From a virus: 64,000 bases of DNA. The notes under the pieces were generated by a model. The model made no database searches. It was not told the DNA's origin and saw nothing but the letters and a program-made list of their open reading frames with translations. The stretch is taken from positions 105,184 to 169,183 of IMG/VR virus record IMGVR_UViG_3300032294_003343. One strand, 5' to 3'. Shown here in pieces: positions 49,081-58,477 of this stretch (its first letter is position 1; each line of letters begins with the position of its first letter). Both the position numbers and the translations under genes were made by a program.

Positions 49081-49760
49081 TAATTATCTTGTTGAATTTT
49101 TTCTCTTAATGCAACAATTTCTTCTCTGATGATTCTTTTGTCATTTTCAGAATCCATCTTTTCGTGCAATTTAGCAAGAATTTCAAAAATGTTGATATTA
49201 TAAATACCTTGATTATCTCTAACTTCTTTAAGATGCAAAATTTTAGAAATTAACTTTTCTACCATTGCTGCTCTCTTAAGTTTCATATCATTATTTTTAG
49301 AGCAGTCAATTCCTCTTACATCATCAAGCTCTACAAGTAAAGCGGTAAGGGCAAGATGGTGTTCTCGGAAAATCCAAGGGGCAATCAGTTCTTCTCGTTG
49401 TTCGTAATTCTTAAGACCTGAAGTAGAAATCTTTTTAAAATCACAGTGTTGTTCCATATGAGTATTAATCTGCATCCAGTTCATCTGTGCATCAAAATAC
49501 TGTTGGAAAAATCTAATTACTGATTGATTTTTACGTCCTGAATCAAGATATACATGTTCTACCAAATCTCTAAAAGGCGAAGTACAAATTGCGCATCTTG
49601 GTTCCATAAATTGAGGATAAGATATATCACTCATATTATCAGGGGGAAGAGGCATTAATGGTTTGTCCCCTTCTTTCAAATCCCTGAACATTTTAGATGG
49701 CTTTTTTGGCCCTTCATCGGGAACAATTAGTGCATCTACAGTTTCTTTTTTTGATTCCAT
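49080..49760 (-). CDS. putative terminase small subunit
   Basis: TAATG-coupled directly upstream of terL; CAIC...HMEQH Zn/HTH-like N-terminus plus coiled coil. Confidence 0.5.
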   Translation of the reverse strand: MESKKETVDALIVPDEGPKKPSKMFRDLKEGDKPLMPLPPDNMSDISYPQFMEPRCAICTSPFRDLVEHVYLDSGRKNQSVIRFFQQYFDAQMNWMQINTHMEQHCDFKKISTSGLKNYEQREELIAPWIFREHHLALTALLVELDDVRGIDCSKNNDMKLKRAAMVEKLISKILHLKEVRDNQGIYNINIFEILAKLHEKMDSENDKRIIREEIVALREKIQQDN

Positions 49761-49778
49761 TTTTATAGTTATACAAAA

Positions 49779-49808
49779 CAAACAAGCCGCTGGAAAGCGG
49801 CTTGTTTG
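49779..49808 (-). terminator. intrinsic terminator
   Basis: CAAACAAGCCGCT-TTCC-AGCGGCTTGTTTG followed by TTTT. Confidence 0.75.
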
Positions 49809-49825
49809 AGAGTTTAGAGTGTAAG

Positions 49826-50539
49826 TTAGTCTTTGAGGGCTCTTTTTAATCTTTGATACGGAGAAACTGTATCAGCAGCTTTCACCATATATTCATCAGC
49901 GAGTCCGAAATCAACATAATTTCCACCAATAAATTTGTCGCTTGATGAAGTTGCATTAGATAAATCAACTTCAGCGGTTCCCTTCTTCATAGATACAACA
50001 AATTTAGTTTTAGAAGCGGTCTTAATTTGTGCTTCTTGAGATTGTGCTAAAAGAACATTGTTTAGTAATGTTTCTTCAACAAAAGGCTTCAAGGATGCGT
50101 GAAGATTACCTTTGCCAGTTCTACTTTCCTTAGCAGCCTCAGTAAGTCTTACCCAATAAGCCAAGCCCTTTTCATCTGTCTTTACAATAGAATGTGGACC
50201 AGTGCAAAGTCTCTTGACAAATTCCTTAGCAGATAATTTAGTCAATGATCTTTCAATAACAGGAGCACAGTCAGAATACTTTGTTGGAACGACAGCAACT
50301 TCGACAGCAGTGTTTTGTTCTACTTCTTCAGTAGAATCAAACAACTTGGAAGCAACTCTATTAGCAATGTCCAAATCAAAATTATCAGCTGCAAGCAATT
50401 CTACAACTTCGGACTTATCGAAACCTTGATTTTTATATTTTTGAGCTTGACTATTAGCTACAACGAGAACGCCATCATGATGTGAACGTAATTCATTGCG
50501 CCAGTTATAAATCATGTCATTTGTGTTGTTTTCAGACAC
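49826..50539 (-). CDS. hypothetical protein (GTG start), probably head-associated
   Basis: SD GGGAG; RVAS and KTAS motifs. Confidence 0.6.
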   Translation of the reverse strand: MSENNTNDMIYNWRNELRSHHDGVLVVANSQAQKYKNQGFDKSEVVELLAADNFDLDIANRVASKLFDSTEEVEQNTAVEVAVVPTKYSDCAPVIERSLTKLSAKEFVKRLCTGPHSIVKTDEKGLAYWVRLTEAAKESRTGKGNLHASLKPFVEETLLNNVLLAQSQEAQIKTASKTKFVVSMKKGTAEVDLSNATSSSDKFIGGNYVDFGLADEYMVKAADTVSPYQRLKRALKD

Positions 50540-50683
50540 TTCTCTAATCTCCCTTAGATTTTTTTGATCCCCACCAGTAAAAGGACTTAATTAAATAATA
50601 AAACCTCCAGACGCACTTATAATGTCTTAGAGGTTTTTGTGGAACATAATTATATAATACGAGAAATCAAAAAATATATTCCA

Positions 50684-51250
50684 TTAATCAAAAAGGAAAT
50701 CTTTTCCCAATATATTTTTCATTTGTTCAAGAGCTTTAGATAATCTTTTTGAAAATGCACCTTGGGTTATTCCAAGCTTTTCAGATGCTTCTTTCTGATC
50801 TAATTGCTCAAAGAAATAAACTTGAATCACTTCTTTGCTCTTATCATTTAATTTTTCAAATGCTTGATGGATACAAATTACATTGTCAATCTTGTTAAAT
50901 GGATCATCATATTGTTCAGTAAATTCAACCTCTTCAACTGATTCTTCTTTTGGAAAATACTTATCAGAAATATATCTAAATAAATTAATATCAATTCTTG
51001 TTGATAAAAAATAAGAAAAATAAGAAAGTTTAGGATCGTATTGGTCTATTAGCTTGATAAAAACAAATAGAGTGTCGCCCAAAATATCTTCTCTGTAAGG
51101 AGACAGTCTTGGTTCTTTATAGAGAATTCTTTTTACCGATGAAATAAATAAAGGTTTATAAAATTCATAAAGCTCATATAAAGCCGAATCATCACCAGCT
51201 TTGTATTTAAATAATAACTTATTGATTTCGTCGTAGTTCTGATCGGCCAT
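50684..51250 (-). CDS. RNA polymerase sigma-70 family factor (group 4/ECF-sized)
   Basis: region 2 (GDDSALYEL...YDPKLSYFSYF) and region 4 HTH (LDQKEASEKLGITQGAFSKR). Confidence 0.85.
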   Translation of the reverse strand: MADQNYDEINKLLFKYKAGDDSALYELYEFYKPLFISSVKRILYKEPRLSPYREDILGDTLFVFIKLIDQYDPKLSYFSYFLSTRIDINLFRYISDKYFPKEESVEEVEFTEQYDDPFNKIDNVICIHQAFEKLNDKSKEVIQVYFFEQLDQKEASEKLGITQGAFSKRLSKALEQMKNILGKDFLFD

Positions 51251-51257
51251 ATAAAAA

Positions 51258-52259
51258 TTATACAGATGCCAGTTTTGAAATTAATATAGGAACAGAATGA
51301 TTTACAGAACCATTAGTTCGTAGGTCAACTATTGAATCAACCACCATTGTAATCATTTTAGAAAACTGGGCTGGACTATATAAATTCTCTTTGCTCGATT
51401 GTATACGAATTCTTATTGGATTTTGAGCTTTGACAGTGAATGTAGGCTCTTTGTATTCTTCGTCTAAATATTTGCCTAAAATATCACGTAATTCGACAAT
51501 CTCTTGCACTTTGGTCAATGGAAGATTTGTCTTATTAGTTTCTGATATCACAAGCATAAAGTTTAATTGACTTAAGAGAACTAATAAAAAGCCTTGTTCA
51601 CCCATAGAATCGATAAGAAGATCTATCTTTGTTAGGCAGTAGTCCAAATCTTTATTCATCAGTTTGTCGATAAATTCGAATATGTCGCATTCTTCATTAA
51701 AAGAAGCATTTGTAATGTCACGCAGAAATATTTTATCTGTGTAGGAAATGATCTTTTCTAATTCTTTAAATAAAATATCAATGTCATAGCATAAGATTTC
51801 TTTCTTACTACCAGATTGCTTTGATTTAATGCGTAAAATAGGACATATTTCAACAAGATGATTTAGTGTCTCACCATTTATATTAGCATTATTCTTCATA
51901 ACAAAATTATTGATATGGCGCTTTAACGAATTAGAGTCTCCCGCAAGTGGATAACTACAATCAAAAACTAAGTTATTCTTTTTAGCTTTAGCAATAAGAG
52001 ATAATCTACCATCAAAGCTATCATCCTCATATAAAATGATGTGTTTGATTCCTAGCCTTTCACTCTTCTCTTGAATGAGCTTTATGTCTTCATTAGAAAT
52101 ATTTGTATGGATGTATATGTTGTTATTATCAAAGAATTTAGAATAACTATTGATAATTTTTTCAACATTGTTGTCGAAACAAAGAATAAGACCAGGGAAT
52201 TCTTCCTTGATCTTATTCAATGCTAAAGTGGTTGATCCGTAGTAAATTCTTGGAAACAT
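51258..52259 (-). CDS. holA: DNA polymerase III delta-like clamp-loader subunit
   Basis: ELEKIISY...IT...DIFEFIDKL pattern; adjacent to the beta clamp. Confidence 0.6.
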   Translation of the reverse strand: MFPRIYYGSTTLALNKIKEEFPGLILCFDNNVEKIINSYSKFFDNNNIYIHTNISNEDIKLIQEKSERLGIKHIILYEDDSFDGRLSLIAKAKKNNLVFDCSYPLAGDSNSLKRHINNFVMKNNANINGETLNHLVEICPILRIKSKQSGSKKEILCYDIDILFKELEKIISYTDKIFLRDITNASFNEECDIFEFIDKLMNKDLDYCLTKIDLLIDSMGEQGFLLVLLSQLNFMLVISETNKTNLPLTKVQEIVELRDILGKYLDEEYKEPTFTVKAQNPIRIRIQSSKENLYSPAQFSKMITMVVDSIVDLRTNGSVNHSVPILISKLASV

Positions 52260-52260
52260 G

Positions 52261-53358
52261 TTAATCCATTGGGAACAGTAAATGCTTAAAGTTTTCTGCT
52301 TCTAACATCAATAAAATAAAATCATTGTGCTTGATAAAATTAAGCTTAATTTTTCTACCATCTAGCAAATCTAAAACTCTTATCAAGTGAGCTGATACAT
52401 ATGACACGGAAAATATATCATAATTATCAACATCAATTGTATCTACCACTGCATTTTTTTCGTTGCTATTGCCAGAAATGACAAGTTTATTTATTTCTAA
52501 ATTCAAACTTATCATGTGAGAATTTGCAATGTTGGAGACAAACTTAACAGACTTGACTAGCGCATCTTTTTCTAATTCAAGAGATAAGAAAAATTCATCA
52601 CTAAAGAATTGATTAAAATTGGAGAATATTTTTTCAAAAGTATTCTTCTCAAGATTACAAAATAATTCTCCACCATCCCAAGTCAGAAAAAGCTTACTGT
52701 TATGAAGAGAAAAGACAACTCCTGATACTTTTTCAACATAATACAAAACGATATCAGAAATGTTTTTTGAAATTAGATATGATGGTTGTAATTCATATTT
52801 CTTACCAAATACACTAATTCTATGTTTGTCTGATGATTGAGTGTTGATTTTGCCATCTTCAATAAACCAGAGAATAGAAGTGTAAGGATGCTCATCAAAA
52901 TCAGGCGCACAAGAAAATGAAGTCATCTTAATGCTGTGAACAAAATCATCAACAGTTATATCTAATGGCTCTAAATTGCTAGAAAAATCCACTGTAAAGT
53001 TATCGACAGGAGCAGAAGCCAAAGACACTCTGGTTTTCTTATTGCCAAAGATAAGCATGTTTTCTTCAACATTATAAATAAATTGAATCTCTTCGGTTGG
53101 GAAATTGTTGACTGCATTGTAGAAAGAAGAGATGTCCAAACCAAAAGTGCCATCTTCTGTGGGTTCGACATTCTTAAGTAAAAATTTAGAGCAGCAAAAA
53201 TTGTTCTCTGATTGCACATAAAGTTTGCCATCAGAAGAATGAAAAATAAGACTACTCGATGATGTTTTATTTTCACGCATCGACAGTTTAGATTTCTCAA
53301 TTTTATTAAGTAAGGCAAAACATACAAGATGCTCTGCCTTATTCAACTTAAATTTCAA
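52261..53358 (-). CDS. dnaN: DNA polymerase III beta sliding clamp
   Basis: three-domain clamp pattern, SSDKHRI, C-terminal LLFPM; TTG start overlapping the purA stop (TTGA). Confidence 0.7.
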   Translation of the reverse strand: MKFKLNKAEHLVCFALLNKIEKSKLSMRENKTSSSSLIFHSSDGKLYVQSENNFCCSKFLLKNVEPTEDGTFGLDISSFYNAVNNFPTEEIQFIYNVEENMLIFGNKKTRVSLASAPVDNFTVDFSSNLEPLDITVDDFVHSIKMTSFSCAPDFDEHPYTSILWFIEDGKINTQSSDKHRISVFGKKYELQPSYLISKNISDIVLYYVEKVSGVVFSLHNSKLFLTWDGGELFCNLEKNTFEKIFSNFNQFFSDEFFLSLELEKDALVKSVKFVSNIANSHMISLNLEINKLVISGNSNEKNAVVDTIDVDNYDIFSVSYVSAHLIRVLDLLDGRKIKLNFIKHNDFILLMLEAENFKHLLFPMD

Positions 53359-54350
53359 TGTAGTTGCCCTTGGAATTGGATATATACACCAGGAAGTACC
53401 ATTCCAACTTCTTTCCAAATATTAGAAACAAATGTATCTTCATTTGCACAAGAAATCAACATATTGTTTTCATAATAATTCCAAGCACTGTCAACTTGTC
53501 GAAGAACATCCATTTTGTTGACAATAAGCTTTGTGACACCATTCATTTGACAAGCAGTTATAACTTCTTGGATGTTTAGCCAGTCGATTTGTCTTGGTCG
53601 TCCGGTCGTGGCTCCATACTCTTGACCAATTTCTCTGAGTTGTTCAAATCGCTCGTCATCTTTTTGGTATCCTTTAGCTCCAACATAGGTAGAATAACAC
53701 TTGATGACCCCGACAACATCCCGTACTTGCATAAAATTGAAACCATTATTTAATAATGCTCCTACTCCAGTGTTTGAAGAAGTGACATAAGGATAATCAC
53801 CAAAGTCAACATCAAGCCAATATCCTTGAGCACCTTCAGCTAAAAACTTCTTCGGTTCTGAATGAATTAAATCGTGCATATTGACAAGAAAAGGTGCTAA
53901 TTCAGGTACATCTTTAGCACGAAGCCCTGTGCGACCAACTTTGTCTTTATAACAAGGGCCATTCCCAGTGCGAGTTGTTCCAATAGTTGTATCTTTGGAA
54001 TCTTCTTCGATATGTTCTAGGGTAATAATATGGGCGTTTTCTGCAATCTTTAAAAGCGATGTGTCAAATCCAAATCCTTCAAGATACTCAAGTTCGTCAA
54101 ATAATTTTTGCGTATTGATAACACAACCATTACCGATGACACTAGGAACACCATGCAGAATGCCGCAAGGAACAAGGTGTGTAACAATTTTCTCTCCATT
54201 GAGGTAAATTGTATGACCAGCATTGCCTCCACCATTGAAGCGGACAACATAATCATAATTACCAGTACTTACTAGTTGATTGGCAATTTTACCTTTGCCT
54301 TCATCTCCATACTGCATACCAATAACTACATCTACAATCGAAGTTTCCAT
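53355..54350 (-). CDS. purA: adenylosuccinate synthetase (short type)
   Basis: QYGDEGKGK, GGGNAGHT, IGTTRTGNGP, EGAQG, YPYVTSS, GATTGRPR. Confidence 0.92.
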   Translation of the reverse strand: METSIVDVVIGMQYGDEGKGKIANQLVSTGNYDYVVRFNGGGNAGHTIYLNGEKIVTHLVPCGILHGVPSVIGNGCVINTQKLFDELEYLEGFGFDTSLLKIAENAHIITLEHIEEDSKDTTIGTTRTGNGPCYKDKVGRTGLRAKDVPELAPFLVNMHDLIHSEPKKFLAEGAQGYWLDVDFGDYPYVTSSNTGVGALLNNGFNFMQVRDVVGVIKCYSTYVGAKGYQKDDERFEQLREIGQEYGATTGRPRQIDWLNIQEVITACQMNGVTKLIVNKMDVLRQVDSAWNYYENNMLISCANEDTFVSNIWKEVGMVLPGVYIQFQGQLH

Positions 54351-54419
54351 AAAAGAATATTACCAAGCTACCCATTCAAAATCAAGGGCTTATGGGGATA
54401 AATGTAAAATAAAGTAAAT

Positions 54420-57134
54420 ATGTGGTACTCAAGAATTATCGAATCAGCAACTGCCTGGGATGTCCTTTCAACTAAAGAAGTTGTTTGGAGTGGCTCTTTT
54501 TCTAGAACATTTAAAGATTTTTCATTTTATAGCTCAACTAATATGCCTACTATGACTGCTATGCTTAAATTCTTAGCTGAAATAGAAAAAGGTAAAAATA
54601 ACGATTCTATACTTGATAAATATTTTGAAAAAGCTAAAGATGATCGAGTTGCAATGGCTGACATAATGAGTTTTGCTAGTGGATTATCAAAATTTATCGA
54701 TACTGAAATGAAAAAGCAAGGTAGTTCTGCCAATACAGATATGATGAAAGTTCTTGATTTTTTGGGGAAATTAAATAGTTTCGCAAAATCTCAAGGTCAA
54801 AAAGGCAACAAATTAGGAGACGAAATTCCTGATGCTGAAAAAGCAAAAGCATATGTCAATTCTACTTTAGGTATAGGATTTACAACACTCAATTTATTAG
54901 TTAGAAAAGGTACCGAAATAAGTGATTCTCTAGCCCTTTTTATGATGCGTGGTGATGACAAAGCATTATTGGGAATACCTGATTCTGAACAAAGAAATTT
55001 ATTGATAGAACAATTGAAACAACAGAAGCCTGAATTGGAAAAGTTTGAAAGCTACGAAGCTGTTATAGAAACAATTTGGAGTGGTGAAATAAAGAATTAT
55101 CTGCCCCTATTGAAAAGTTTTCTTTTTTCAGGAATTGATCCACCTCAGATTTTACATATGATCATTCAAATATTGAATCAATCTGATATAGAACAAAAAG
55201 ATGTTGTTAATATGGTTATGGGATTACCTACAGAGTCTTTAGTTGACACACTTACTAACTTAGAACAATATTCCCAGTATGATGAATTCACATCTCCTTT
55301 AGCTCAAAGATTATATAACGTAATTGGTGAATATGAACTTAACTCAAATCCTGTACTTATTGGAAAACTTAAAAGATGCAAAACATTTACTAACTATGTA
55401 CATTCATTAGGTGATAATTGTCAACCTATGTATATCATAAAAGGAATTGCAAAGCCTGAAGTGATCATTAGGTATTTGGAAAAAAACCCTGAAGATTTTG
55501 AAAAATTTGATGTCAATCTTTTAAGTAGTTTGGGCGATGAGATTAAAAAGCAAATTATTGCTCGTGGAACTGCAGCAAAAGCAAGAATACAGTCTGATGG
55601 TTTAGCTTTGTTGGAAAAAGCTGCACAACAAAATATAATTAAAATTTCAAAAGCATCAGAAACTTCTTTCAATTATGCATATGGAAAAGGTCCTAAAAAT
55701 CAACCAACTCAAGAAGGTATGTCTGATAGTGAATTGAGACAAAAAGGCAAATCAGACGAAATTTTTGGAAAGATTTATCAATCTTATGAAGATCGTATGA
55801 AGCAAGAGGCTCCTTTTGCTGGTGTCAGTGAAGAAGACATTGAAACATATGCCGATCAGATGGTCATCATAGAATTTAGCACTTATAGCTTGCAAAGTTT
55901 TTTAAGAGAAAACAATGCGCCAAAGATGAAAATTGGTCCTGTAGATATGCTTGATGAAAAATGGGGCGGATTGTTTGTACCAAGATTTCCAACAAAAGAT
56001 AGAGGTCCAATACCAGCTATATTGATCAAAACAGATATATGGAATCAACTTGCTTATCATCAAGCATTAGCAGAAAATATTGGCATGAATGCTGAACATT
56101 ATGTTGAAGCAACTAGAAGACACGAAGTTGCTCACGCATTGCAATATCTACAATCTGGTGATTTGACAATGCAAGATTCAATTGCATTAAATCCTGAATT
56201 GACACCAGAGGAAGCATACATTTCAAATCCATCAGAGCTATATGCAAGAATTCACGGAGACATTCCTTATCTTTCTAAAATATTTGATGCACATATTGGC
56301 AACTTAATGTCTGACAGAAAAATCTATGAAGCTGCGAAAGAACAATGGATTTTAGATATTCAAGATGAAATGGTTCACTTAATGTCAGGTGGAACTAATG
56401 CTACAAGATTGCTTGCAGATATGGAAGCTGGAAGATTTGGAACTTTCACTACTGATTCTGGTCAAACTATAAAATTACCAGACCCACTTGAAGCAATTAA
56501 TAAAAAATTACAGCGCCAAAGAAACAAACTTGAGATGATTTTCCACGAAACATTTCAAATTCAAGGCAGAAGAGATTTTAGAAGAGGCTTGATTAGTAAG
56601 AAAAATCAATTAGCTCAACAAATACAATCTACCCCTATTTATTCCCCAGAAAGAACACATCTTGAACAAGAACTAAAAGATGTAGAAACCCAATTGGTAG
56701 AATCTGGAAAAATGTTAATCTTTGATGTCAAAGATGTATCTGAAGCTGTAGTTGAAGGATATATGTCTGACTATTATTCAAAGGTTGCAGAAGCTGTAGC
56801 TAATGGATTACTTACTACAGACATTGTGAATCCAGAGGGTGCAGATAGAAGATTGGAAAATGAGCAATTGAGAGAAGAAGCTAAAAAGCAAGAACCTCCA
56901 ACAGCCCAAGATATTAGACAGCATTCAAGATTCCAAATTCAACAAACAGAACCAATCCCAAGTGGTAGAAAAATTGATGTTATTATTCCTAGATATAAAG
57001 GACCAGGAAGACCATCAGGTAATTTCCCAGGATTTGATGATGCTGAACAAGACGAACAACAAGTTGATCTGTCAATAGAGCAGAATGAAAATAAGACAGC
57101 TAAAGTTTATAATTTCAGAAAAAGTTTAGGTTAA
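54420..57134 (+). CDS. large protein with MWY leader and zincin (HExxH) metallopeptidase-like domain
   Basis: MWYSRII; RHEVAHALQ...YISNPSELYAR. Confidence 0.65.
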   Translation: MWYSRIIESATAWDVLSTKEVVWSGSFSRTFKDFSFYSSTNMPTMTAMLKFLAEIEKGKNNDSILDKYFEKAKDDRVAMADIMSFASGLSKFIDTEMKKQGSSANTDMMKVLDFLGKLNSFAKSQGQKGNKLGDEIPDAEKAKAYVNSTLGIGFTTLNLLVRKGTEISDSLALFMMRGDDKALLGIPDSEQRNLLIEQLKQQKPELEKFESYEAVIETIWSGEIKNYLPLLKSFLFSGIDPPQILHMIIQILNQSDIEQKDVVNMVMGLPTESLVDTLTNLEQYSQYDEFTSPLAQRLYNVIGEYELNSNPVLIGKLKRCKTFTNYVHSLGDNCQPMYIIKGIAKPEVIIRYLEKNPEDFEKFDVNLLSSLGDEIKKQIIARGTAAKARIQSDGLALLEKAAQQNIIKISKASETSFNYAYGKGPKNQPTQEGMSDSELRQKGKSDEIFGKIYQSYEDRMKQEAPFAGVSEEDIETYADQMVIIEFSTYSLQSFLRENNAPKMKIGPVDMLDEKWGGLFVPRFPTKDRGPIPAILIKTDIWNQLAYHQALAENIGMNAEHYVEATRRHEVAHALQYLQSGDLTMQDSIALNPELTPEEAYISNPSELYARIHGDIPYLSKIFDAHIGNLMSDRKIYEAAKEQWILDIQDEMVHLMSGGTNATRLLADMEAGRFGTFTTDSGQTIKLPDPLEAINKKLQRQRNKLEMIFHETFQIQGRRDFRRGLISKKNQLAQQIQSTPIYSPERTHLEQELKDVETQLVESGKMLIFDVKDVSEAVVEGYMSDYYSKVAEAVANGLLTTDIVNPEGADRRLENEQLREEAKKQEPPTAQDIRQHSRFQIQQTEPIPSGRKIDVIIPRYKGPGRPSGNFPGFDDAEQDEQQVDLSIEQNENKTAKVYNFRKSLG

Positions 57135-57752
57135 ATCTATATCTTTTTCTTCATCAAAAAATTCCCTGTCATCCACACCATTCATTTGAAAATCAATGTG
57201 GGCATCAGGGAATTTTTGTCTTAATCTACTTATTGCTTCGTCTTTGCTGTAATCTTCTAATGGTAAATTAGTGGTGAAAACAACCTCGTGGTGAATTTCT
57301 TCTGCATCTTCTTCATCACTATACAATTCTTCTAAGCCAGGAATAGACAATTGATCTGTAATTAGTTTACCCTCTTTATCAGACCCTGCTGATAATGCCT
57401 TAAATGACAAAGGATCCATAAAGAAAAATTTCCAAACACCATTTTCAGGAAATAATAAAATTTGCGGATAAAGCTCGAAATGTTTTCTTGTACCTTTATG
57501 TTTGTCAGCAATTTGTTCGACAGGATCCTTAGATGGATCAAAAATAAATTTATCATCACCTAAAACTTCAATAGGATCTCTACCTTCTTTTCTTGCTCTA
57601 ATTAATGCAAAATCAGAAAATGTTTCAGGATTCTTATATACTTGATCGAAATCTAAATCAGAAGCGTCAATTGCTACTTTGGTAAATTTATCAGCAAGCT
57701 TATAGCAGCCTAAATTATCCAAAATAGATGCTGTGCGAAGAAAGTTAAACAT
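57126..57752 (-). CDS. hypothetical acidic protein with LDxxGxYxxAD leader
   Basis: LRTASILDNLGCYKLADKFTKVA N-terminus. Confidence 0.6.
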   Translation of the reverse strand: MFNFLRTASILDNLGCYKLADKFTKVAIDASDLDFDQVYKNPETFSDFALIRARKEGRDPIEVLGDDKFIFDPSKDPVEQIADKHKGTRKHFELYPQILLFPENGVWKFFFMDPLSFKALSAGSDKEGKLITDQLSIPGLEELYSDEEDAEEIHHEVVFTTNLPLEDYSKDEAISRLRQKFPDAHIDFQMNGVDDREFFDEEKDIDLT

Positions 57753-57754
57753 AC

Positions 57755-58438
57755 TTACTTCTTTGGCATTTTGTGAGAGGCATCCTTTTTCTCATCATCT
57801 TTGAATTGAACATAAACTTCAGATGCTTTTTTTCTGATGCGAGTGAGTGCATTGTCAACACACTTGGCTGGAACATTCAAAGTATAGGAAATTTCTTTAT
57901 ATGATGAATTGTGTCCGTATTCTACAAATATGTCTGCTTCTAATGGGGTGAGTTTATCCATCAACATTTCAGAGTTTAATTCTAATTCTTCTCTGACAAT
58001 AAGATCTTCTACTAAATTTACTTCTGGAGATTCATCATAAGGATTTTTCTTATCAGGAATATAATCTCCTAAAGAATGAAAATTGCCATCATCATTTAAA
58101 ATAAAAGGAGCATCTAACGAAATAGAATCGTTCAACGCTGAATTCTTCATTCTTTTCGCAGATGCTATAGCTGTGGCAAGATGTCTTTTACAAACTAAAT
58201 TTACGCAAAAGTTCTTGAATGTTGTGTCTTTGGTGCAATCGTAGGAATTTACTGCTTTAAATACACCTAATCTCAATTCTTGCATTACATCTTCTCTGTC
58301 TCCACCGACAATGAAAAAGTGAGGTGCAATTTTCTTGAGATCTGGTTCTACCATCTTAAGCAGCTTTTTAAAGGCTGCTTCATTACCTGCTTTTGCTCTA
58401 TTAACTATTCTTACTATTCTGAAATCTTCGGTTGCCAT
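57755..58438 (-). CDS. SigH/Spo0H-like RNA polymerase sigma factor
   Basis: FFIVGGDREDVMQE..GVFKAV..YD, TAI...KNSALNDSISLD, SYKEIS...KCVDNALTRIRKK; SD GGGAG. Confidence 0.85.
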   Translation of the reverse strand: MATEDFRIVRIVNRAKAGNEAAFKKLLKMVEPDLKKIAPHFFIVGGDREDVMQELRLGVFKAVNSYDCTKDTTFKNFCVNLVCKRHLATAIASAKRMKNSALNDSISLDAPFILNDDGNFHSLGDYIPDKKNPYDESPEVNLVEDLIVREELELNSEMLMDKLTPLEADIFVEYGHNSSYKEISYTLNVPAKCVDNALTRIRKKASEVYVQFKDDEKKDASHKMPKK

Positions 58439-58477
58439 CAAAACTCCCGAAGGCACAAATCATCACAAAACTTCTTT

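Noticed and set aside
50600-50638. Structured ncRNA or riboswitch in the 145-bp gap
   Set aside because: Only an imperfect hairpin (AAAACCTC...GAGGTTTT), compatible with a weak terminator; no recognisable family
53355-54350. Possible PurZ (2-aminoadenine DNA)
   Set aside because: Retains the canonical PurA GDEGKG catalytic Asp rather than the PurZ Ser substitution; no datZ or mazZ seen nearby
57755-58438. Inferring a spore-forming Firmicute host from SigH similarity
   Set aside because: Heptose-kinase and LPS-type genes and leaderless promoters do not support it, and the sigma is explained by late-gene promoters; the host cannot be assigned from this window
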